Assembly: GCF_006345805.1 (NCBI RefSeq)
Contig: NW_021824506.1
Coordinates: 1 to 18,511 of the forward strand
DNA from: Octopus sinensis
Taxonomy: Eukaryota
Direction: 5' to 3'
DNA: 18,511 nt
The translations under genes were made by a program, and so were the position numbers. Each line of letters opens with the position of its first letter. The first letter of the stretch is position 1. Positions 10,967-18,511 of the stretch are shown here, piece after piece. The notes beneath the pieces were generated by a model. That model had not been told where the DNA came from and did not search any database. It worked only from the letters and a program-made list of their open reading frames with translations.

Positions 10967-11004
10967 TATCATTATTATTATTATTATCATTATTATTATT
11001 ATTA

Positions 11005-11047
<43 letters not shown>

Positions 11048-11155
11048 CATTATTATTATTATTATTATCATTATTATTATCATTATTATCATTTTTATTA
11101 TATATTATTATTATTATTATTATCATTATTATTAGATTATTATTCATTATTATTA

Positions 11156-11195
<40 letters not shown>

Positions 11196-11233
11196 CATTT
11201 TTATTATTTATTATTATTATTATTATTATATTA

Positions 11234-11270
<37 letters not shown>

Positions 11271-11366
11271 CATTATTATTATTATTATTATCATTTATTA
11301 TTATTATTATCATTATTATTTTATTATTATTATTATTATTATTATTTCATATTATTATTATTATTA

Positions 11367-11414
<48 letters not shown>

Positions 11415-11459
11415 TATTATTATTATTATCATTATTATTATTTATTATCATTATTATTA

Positions 11460-11495
<36 letters not shown>

Positions 11496-11506
11496 TATTA
11501 TTATTA

Positions 11507-11543
<37 letters not shown>

Positions 11544-11559
11544 CATTATTATTATTATT

Positions 11560-11590
<31 letters not shown>

Positions 11591-11628
11591 TATTATTATT
11601 ATTATTATCATTATTATTATTATTATTA

Positions 11629-11664
<36 letters not shown>

Positions 11665-11678
11665 TATTATTATTATTT
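10545..11678. repeat. Very long (ATT)n tract with ATC interruptions
   Basis: Directly visible; it is the source of the 209-aa and 402-aa ORFs. Confidence 0.97.
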
Positions 11679-11796
11679 CATACTGTTCCTAAGGCTATAT
11701 TATCCAACATGGCCGTTTCTTTTATGTAACAATAAGGTGTAATTTAAGGGGGATTTGCTTGCTATTTCTAGCAGGTCCAGCGATCACAGAGGCACG

Positions 11797-12900
11797 TTGT
11801 TGTTGTCGTTAGCGATGATGATGATGATTCTCATGAGCGTTGTTGTTGTTGTTGTTGTTGTTGTCGCCACTGGCAACATACCCATTTCCCAACCGCAAAG
11901 CTCTCTCTCTCCCCCTCTCTCTCTCCCTCTCTCTCCCCCTCTCTCTCTCCCTCTCTCTCCCCCTCTCCCTCTCTACCTCTCTCTCTCTCTCTCTCTCTCA
12001 CGCACACATGCACATGCACATAGAGGCACACTACGCCATTCGGTGCAACCCGGTGCAGCATGTCAAATCAAGAATCTTTGTTGCATGTTTGACACGTCAC
12101 TGCTTTACACTCCAGGGTGCATTGCAGCCCTACAAACACGGGGTGGGGGGGCAATGGGTGGTTGTTGTTGTTGGTGGTGGTGGTGGTGGTGGTGGCGGTG
12201 GTGGGGAGTTGACAATGAAAACCTCGAGGAAAGGAAATCTTTTTCCAACGCCGCCATTCATCACTGCTAGCAGCAGCGGTGTTAATGCCAACATCACCAC
12301 CACCACCACCACAGCCACCACCACCAACAACAATAACACCACCATCGCTACCACCACCACTACCACCACCATCATTGCTACCACCGCCATCACCGCTACC
12401 ACCACCTCTGCCACCACCACCACTACCACTATCACCACCACTGCCACCACTACCACCACCACCACCGCTATCATTGCTACCACCACTACTGCCACCACTA
12501 CCACCACCACGCTACAACCACCACCACTACCACATTTTCTACCTCTACAACCATCATCGCTACCTCCACCACCGCTAGCGCCACCTCCATCACCACCAAC
12601 ACCACCAACACCATCACAAACACAACTCCCACAATCTCCATCACTACCACCACCACCCTAAAAACCACAATCATTATGACTAACATCAGCATCATTGTTT
12701 CAGCCATCAGCACCACACCGCTCCGTCATACTCTCGTCACCACCACCCCAGAGGCAACGTTACCTCACCTCAACCAGCACCACTACAACACTCAACTGTT
12801 GTACTACATCTGCCACCGCGTCGCTATATCAATTCCGCCACAACTACCCCCAACACCACTACAACGATGCCACCACGAACTACTACCACACGAACATTAC
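11797..12900. repeat. Mixed low-complexity block: (GTT)n, (GAT)n, (CT)n/(CTCC)n, (GGT)n and degenerate (ACC)n
   Basis: Directly visible. Confidence 0.88.
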
Positions 12901-13039
12901 ATATATACGAGAGAAAAAAACCCCACAAAAACTCCATGAAACATTTCGGAATAATTCATAAAAATACATTTTACAAAAATAACAATACTCACTGAAACAA
13001 TGTTTGCAAACCGGATGCACCATTATCTACTTTCTCAAT

Positions 13040-13046
13040 AATATAT

Positions 13047-13109
<63 letters not shown>

Positions 13110-13116
13110 ATATATA
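13040..13116. repeat. (TA)n microsatellite
   Basis: Directly visible. Confidence 0.95.
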
Positions 13117-13357
13117 GTCAAACAAACTAAATAGGCTTAAAAATAAACGTGTCGCCAAAAGTAAACATTGTAACCACAAAAAAGTTTAAAAATCTATCAA
13201 GGCACTTCCAACGGCATTAAAAACACTTTTATAGAACTAAAAGAAATGTTATCTTCCATGACATCTCTGTAATAATAGAAGGGCAATTAATACCCAGCGG
13301 TCTGAATTACATCAAATTGAACGGACCATTTCACAAAGGGTGTGGTCTTATAACATA

Positions 13358-13549
13358 CTTTTTAACTTTTCTCAGTCATTAAACTGCGGCCATGTTGGAG
13401 CACGGCCTTCAATAAATTTAGACGAACGAATTGACATTAGTACTTATTTTTAAAGTCTGATACTTTTTCTATCGTTCTCTGTTGCCGAACCGTTAGGCTA
13501 GGAGGAAGTAAACACATCGACGCCGGCTGTCATGCGGTGGTGGGGGACA
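13358..13549 (-). mobile_element. 3' half of an OR/CORE-type SINE, diverged
   Basis: cagtcattaaactgcggccatgttggagcac...tttctatcgttctctgttgccgaaccgtt...gtaaacacatcgacgccggctgtca is homologous to 9225-9430. Confidence 0.7.
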
Positions 13550-14039
13550 CCACGGTGGAATTTGAACTCAGAACATAAGGACAGACGAAATACCGCTAAG
13601 CATTTCGCCCGGCGTCTAACGTTTCTTATTTCTTTATTGCCCACAAGGAGTTAAACGTAGAGGGGACAAACAAGTACAGACAAAGAGAGTAAGTCGATTG
13701 CATCGACCCCAGTGCGTAACTGGTACTTAATTTATCGACCCCGAAAGGATGAAAGACAAAGTCGACCTCGGCGAAATTTGAACTCAGAACGTAGCGGCAG
13801 ACGAAATACCTATTTCTTTACTATCCACAAGGGGCCAAACACAGAGAGAACAAACAAGGACAGACAAACGGTTTAAGTCGATTATATCGACCCCAGTGCG
13901 TAACTGGTACTTATTTAATCGACCTCGAAAGGATGAAAGGCAAAGTCGACCTCGGCGGAATTTGAACTCAGAATGTAACGGTAGACGAAATACTGCTAAG
14001 CATTTCGCCCAGCGTGCTAACGGTTCTGCCAGCTCGCCG
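13550..14039 (-). mobile_element. OK-like SINE multimer, array 1 (full unit, headless unit, partial head)
   Basis: The minus strand starts cggcgagctggcagaaccgttagcacg, has a B-box-like gagttcaaattcc and the tail ccttgtggatagtaaagaaatag. Internal junctions lie at 13809/13810 and 13620/13621. Confidence 0.92.
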
Positions 14040-14296
14040 TCTTTAGTACATAAAATATTATATAAGTAGTTACATAACAGAACGTGACACTTCAACAGCT
14101 GTGCACCAGCACGTCATCAGTTGAGTGGCTTTGATAGCGGTGTTGGGTCGCGTTCAGTTTCACATCGTTTTACACCCTGTTGTATATTCAGCGTTGTCCT
14201 TACACTGAGTAACAGAAACAGTTCAAAAAGACACAAAGCATAAAAATACCAAATAACGGAATGGTAATAAAAAAAATTAGAAATATCGATTTTATG

Positions 14297-14337
14297 ACTG
14301 TGAGGTAAGAAGCTTGCTTCTTCAACCTCATGGTTCC
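14297..14337 (+). mobile_element. Isolated tRNA-like head fragment of an OR/CORE-type SINE
   Basis: tgtgaggtaagaagcttgcttcttcaacctcatggttcc resembles the head of that family as I recall it. It is short and truncated by array 2. Confidence 0.45.
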
Positions 14338-15072
14338 AGAACGTAGCGGCAGACGAAATACCTATTTCTTTATTACCCACAAGGGGCTAAACAATGACAG
14401 ACATAGGTTATTAAGTCGATTATATCAACCCCAGTGCGTAACTGGTACTTAATTTATCGACCCCGAAAGGATGAGAGGCAAAGTCAACCTCGGCGGAATT
14501 TGAACTCTGTCCTTGTTTGTCCCCTCTGTGTTTAGCCCCTTGTGGGTAGTAAAGAAATAGAGGGGACAAACAAGGACAGACATAGGTATTAAGTCGATTA
14601 CATCGACCCCAGTGCGTAACTGGTACTCGATTTATCGACCCCGAAAGGATGAAAGACAAAGTCGACCTTTTCAAACAAGGACAGACATAGGTATTAAGTC
14701 GATTATATCAACCCCAGTGCGTAACTGGTACTTAATTTATCGACCCCGAAAGGATGAAAGACAAAGTCGACCTTTTCAAACAAGGACAGACATAGGTATT
14801 AAGTCGATTATATCAACCCCAGTGCGTAACTGGTACTTAATTTATCGACCCCGAAAGGATGAGAGGCAAAGTCAACCTTTTCAAACAAGGACAGACATAG
14901 GTATTAAGTCGATTACATCGACCCAAGTGCGCAACTGGTACTTGATTTATCGACCCCGAAAGGATGAGAGGCAAAGTCGACCTCGGCGGAATTTGAACTC
15001 AGAACGTGAGGACGGACGAAATGCCGCTAAGCACTTCGCCCGGCGTGCTAACGATTCTGCCAGCTCGCCGCC
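14337..15072 (-). mobile_element. OK-like SINE multimer, array 2, with internal tandem expansion and an inverted tail
   Basis: Intact 5' end ggcggcgagctggcagaatcgttagcacgccgggcg at 15072. It contains four 105-bp body repeats, a plus-oriented tail at 14506-14560 and a head-to-tail junction at 14361/14362. Confidence 0.92.
14567..14986. repeat. Tandem repeat, 4 x 105 bp, derived from the SINE body
   Basis: caaacaaggacagacatagg starts at 14567, 14672, 14777 and 14882, an exact period of 105. Confidence 0.95.
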
Positions 15073-15279
15073 ATAATTATAATTTTTCTTTTTCATATCG
15101 ATCTGCAACAGCCATTGCATCACATTATTCTTGATTGATTAAATGATCGATAATGATTTCAGTTAACTTGGGTCTAATGCTTTGGGAGGGAACGATAATA
15201 TCCGAACCAAACCATTTATCGTATTTCATTCCCAAACACTTTATTACTGATCATTGATCCAACCGGTATTATGATTTCA

Positions 15280-15667
15280 GGAGGCGCAATGGCCCAGTGG
15301 TTAGGGCAGCGGACTCGCGGTCATGGGATCGCGGTTTCGATTCCTAGACCTGGCGTTGCGAGTGTTTATTGAGCGAAGACACCTAAAAAGCTCCACGAGG
15401 CTCCGGCAGGGGATGGTGGTGATCCCTGCTGTACTCTTTCACCACAACTTTCTCTCACTCTTACTTCCTGTTTCTGTTGTACCTGTATTTCAAGGGGCCG
15501 GCCTTGTCACTCTCTGTGTCACGCTGAATATCCCCGAGAACTACGTTAAGGGTACACGTGTCTGTGGAGTGCTCAGCCACTTACACGTTAATCTCACGAG
15601 CAGGCTGTTCCGTTGATTCGGATCAACCGGAACCCTCGTCGTCGTAACCGACGGAGTGCTTCCATCC
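15280..15667 (+). mobile_element. Full-length tRNA-derived SINE (probably octopus OR1/OR2 type), 388 bp, with a 12-bp TSD
   Basis: A box tggcccagtgg (15290-15300), B box ggtttcgattcc (15333-15344) and a short (tcca) tail. A perfect TSD attatgatttca lies at 15268-15279 and 15668-15679. Confidence 0.92.
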
Positions 15668-15717
15668 ATTATGATTTCAAACAAAAAATCAGGGCATCGC
15701 GTTTCGTATTCTCCCCC

Positions 15718-15720
<3 letters not shown>

Positions 15721-15787
<67 letters not shown>

Positions 15788-15840
15788 CTCTCTCTCTCTC
15801 CCTCTCTCTCTTTCTCCCCCTCTCGCCACTCTCTCTCTCC
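15721..15840. repeat. (CT)n microsatellite
   Basis: Directly visible. Confidence 0.95.
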
Positions 15841-16229
15841 ACAGTTTATGTCGTATTCAGCCCCTTATTCCAAATCTAGCTTCACGCAAAAAGGTCCTGT
15901 TATTGCTTGTTGGAAAACCTTAAACAGTTTTTGTAGTGCAAACTTTAACTCCCTTAGGTTTTCAAATAGTTGAAACTTTTGGATTTGAACTTTTTTCGGG
16001 TGGAAAAGTTATATTTATGGATTCAAAATCGGGTAAAAAAAACCAAGGTAAAGGTCCTTGTTTCCTTTTGGAGTATCTCTTTTAGAGTACGTGCCATTTA
16101 ATTCTTTTTTTTTCTATTTTAAACACTTGATGAAAATAAAGTACGCTGTGACATTCTATTATTGCTACAATATAACGGTTTCGAATGTTGCCTTAAGGGC
16201 AGCAATTTTGGGCGAGGTGGGGATGAGTC

Positions 16230-16797
16230 TAGCACGCCGGGTGAAGTGCTTAGCGGTATTTCGTCTGCCGTTACGTTCTGAGTTCAAATTCCGCCGAGGT
16301 CGACTTTGCCTTTCATCCTTTCGGGGTCGATTAAATAAGTACCAGTTATGCACTGGGATCGATGTAATCGACTTAATACGTTTGTCTGTCATTGTTTGTC
16401 CCCTCTGTGTTTAGCCCCTTGTGGGTAGTAAAGAAATAGGTATTTCGTCTGCCGCTACGTTCTGAGTTCAAATTCCGCCGAGATCGACTTTGCCTTTCAT
16501 GCTTTCTGGGTCGATTAAATAAGTACCAGTTACGCACTGGGGTCAATATAATCGACTTAAACCGTTTGTCTGTCCTTGTTTATCCTCTCTGTGTTTAGCC
16601 CCTTGTGGGTAGTAAAGAAATAGGTATTTCGTCTACCGCTAAGTTCTGAGTTCAAATTCCGCCGAGGTCGACTTTGCCTTTCATCCTTTCGGGGTCAATT
16701 AAATAAGTACCAGTTGCGTATTGGGGCCGATCTAATCGACTAGCCCCCCACCTACCCACCCACCAAACATTCGGGCCTTGTGCCTAGAGTAGAAAAG
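16230..16797 (+). mobile_element. OK-like SINE trimer, array 3 (184-bp period)
   Basis: gtatttcgtc starts at 16256, 16440 and 16624. The first two units end ccttgtgggtagtaaagaaatag; the third ends in an alternative tail (ggccttgtgcctagagtagaaa). Confidence 0.93.
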
Positions 16798-17514
16798 GAA
16801 CAGGCTGCCACCAAAAAATCAAAAAAAAATCACGATATACATTTTACAAATGTAATTTAGGTTAAGAGTTCTGACTCTTGGCAACCCTGAAGTATGACAC
16901 CCAATAACATTCCTTACCCTCCGTCTGTCCTAAATCTAAACTCATTATTCATATCAATGTTGTTCATTGTTCAAAAAATATCCAGTTACCATAGTAATGA
17001 CTTTTTTGTCCGTTGTTGGAACAACAAGGATTATCCTTAAAACTAATGTCTGTAGTCTTTGATTCGTCTTGAAAAGATGTTATTCAAGTACATCTTGCGG
17101 CCCTTACAAGTTTTTGTTTTCCTTTTCTAAACTTGTTTTTAAGTTGTCTTCTAATTCTTTGGGCAAAGTCAAATCAATAAGTCTTCATTAGACTCATGCA
17201 TTTTGTTCGACGCACGCTTATTCCTGATATGTACCCACTTCACAGTAACTTGTGGCTTGTTTAATTTAGGAATTTATTGATCGAATACTGCAGGGTCACG
17301 TTGTTAGAACGAAAACTGACAAGAAAACAGGAGCCACGTAATCCCTTTCATTAGCTTACAGCTGTTTCTGCTAAAAGAAGCAGCGCATTCAGCGCTGAGT
17401 ACTTGTGCAACATCTTATAACTTCCTCAGAGTCATTGAAATGGAATGGATGTTTATTTCGGAAAGATGTGTTACTGTACTATAGGCTTCATAGATTTTAG
17501 CCAACAATCTATAG

Positions 17515-17764
17515 TACTACTATGGCAATCCCTCAAGGTCGAAGATGATGGTCTTCGCGCAAATTTATTGGTGAGTCCGCAGGTGACTGATAAGACCAAT
17601 TCTTGCTCGAAAAGATCGGTCACAGTGCGGACATCTAGTGCCAGAAGGGAGAGTCGCACGTGGTTGTTGTTGGCGCTCCTTCCGTCGTCGTCTTTTCTCC
17701 TCCAGCTCTGCAGACCTTTTCGACTCGAAATTCGCCGTTCCCTCATGGATGGTGGTTTAGATGG
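17515..17764 (-). mobile_element. 5'-truncated RTE-clade LINE insertion, 250 bp, with a 15-bp TSD
   Basis: Perfect TSD gccaacaatctatag at 17500-17514 and 17765-17779. It has a short 3' UTR ending gagggattgcca, a (tag)-type microsatellite tail, and the coding remnant listed next. Confidence 0.95.
17565..17756 (-). pseudogene. RTE ORF C-terminal 63 codons with a terminal C2H2-type zinc finger
   Basis: Hand translation gives TTIHEGTANFESKRSAELEEKRRRRKERQQQPRATLPSGTRCPHCDRSFRARIGLISHLRTHQ* with no internal stop. The EEKRRRRK...CPHC.R.F.ARIGL.SHLRTH ending is characteristic of RTE-clade LINEs. This frame is absent from the ORF track. Confidence 0.93.
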
Positions 17765-17783
17765 GCCAACAATCTATAGAACA

Positions 17784-17834
<51 letters not shown>

Positions 17835-18352
17835 GGGAAACACCTAGTTCCTACCAGCAATATTCTCGTGACCAAAGACTAAGAAATAAGCCGAACTAAT
17901 GTCAAACCCAACTCGTATGGGGATCTTATTTAAGTGCCCTTTTTAGCTGTTCACCCCTCACTGAGTACCCTCTGTAACTGTCCGCAGAGACAGCACTTAT
18001 AAACCCACTCTTACTCAGGCCTTAACTAAACTGGATACAGCGCTGTACATCTGAACGTATCACCGCACATCCTTGGCTGACGGTCCATAAATTCTGATTT
18101 TGTGCGTTTGTGTTTTGTTTCACTGCTGTGATGTGCTGCAGAATAAATCTATAGATTTTAGTCGCCTCTGTATCTCATGAAGAAACATAATCACCTTGTC
18201 TTTTCTCTATAAATATCTTTGTGGACATTCACACACACACACACACGCGTATAGACACATACAGAAACATATATATGAGCATCACACACACACACACACA
18301 CACACATATACATAGAGGGCGCTGACAACGCAGCTAATGGAATAGAACGGTC

Positions 18353-18365
18353 GTTGCTAGGCAAC
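18353..18365. promoter_or_regulatory. Candidate RFX X-box (GTTGCTAGGCAAC)
   Basis: It matches the RFX palindromic motif, sits within a 17-nt inverted repeat tcgttgc-tag-gcaacga, and lies in a non-repetitive, CpG-containing segment. Confidence 0.55.
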
Positions 18366-18458
18366 GAGACCAGTTAGGTCAGTTGCAAAGTTAGGTGAGC
18401 GTGAGAACTCCAGCCATTATCGCCTGCCGTTTCTGGACGGACCTGGTTGTTGGCAGCC

Positions 18459-18511
18459 ATGACAGAAGAGAAGCGTAACAAAATGTCTCCCTTGGCGGTG
18501 GTGGTGGTGGT
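18459..18511 (+). CDS. Possible start of a first coding exon running off the window (MTEEKRNKMSPLAVVVV...)
   Basis: The ATG has a good Kozak-like context (gcagccATGa) and lies 94 nt after the X-box. Only 17 codons are visible and they end in a (GGT)n repeat, so support is weak. Confidence 0.25.
   Translation, partial: MTEEKRNKMSPLAVVVV

Noticed and set aside
14085-14125. Hammerhead candidate on the minus strand (CTGATGA-CGTGC-TGGT-GCAC)
   Set aside because: No GAAA box follows the stem, so the catalytic core is incomplete.
14567-14986. CRISPR-like repeat array
   Set aside because: The units are contiguous with no unique spacers, are SINE-derived, and occur in a eukaryotic context.
14612-15076. 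154-aa ORF with a 35-aa repeat
   Set aside because: It is the antisense reading of the 105-bp SINE-derived tandem repeat. 105 is divisible by 3, so the frame stays open by chance.
15280-15352. tRNA gene
   Set aside because: A and B boxes are present, but I could not fold a complete acceptor stem. The sequence continues into a SINE body, and the whole element is flanked by a TSD.
16950-17300. Coding-looking Lys/Glu-rich stretch on the minus strand
   Set aside because: All three frames are broken by stops within about 40 codons, and no motif is recognisable.
17445-17882. 145-aa plus-strand ORF and 91-aa minus-strand ORF (17471-17746)
   Set aside because: These are antisense and off-frame readings of the RTE insertion plus a (GA)n tract.

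Overview
This is AT-rich, repeat-saturated animal genomic DNA, almost certainly from an octopus; I recognise the SINE families from memory, not from a database search. No host protein-coding exon can be supported, apart from a possible first exon at the right edge (ATG at 18459, 94 nt downstream of a palindromic RFX X-box). Essentially every ORF in the supplied track is a by-product of microsatellites, SINE repeats, or the wrong frame of a retroelement. The real coding relics are in frames the track misses: two L1/Tx1-clade ORF2 C-terminal (zf-RVT) fragments in inverted orientation (6688-7117 minus, 9432-10312 plus), and a young 5'-truncated RTE LINE with an intact C2H2-finger terminus and a perfect 15-bp TSD (17515-17764 minus). 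Also present are a non-autonomous Helitron inside a (TA)n tract, a hAT-type MITE, a full-length tRNA-SINE with a 12-bp TSD, and three multimeric arrays of an OK-like SINE. The most interesting signals concern SINE biology. (i) The OK-like SINE tail matches the end of the Tx1 LINE at 20/21 nt, suggesting a Tx1-mobilised SINE. (ii) The same AG|GT head-to-tail junction recurs in three separate SINE arrays. (iii) A second SINE's tail shares a covarying stem-loop with the RTE 3' end. All coordinates and counts were done by hand.
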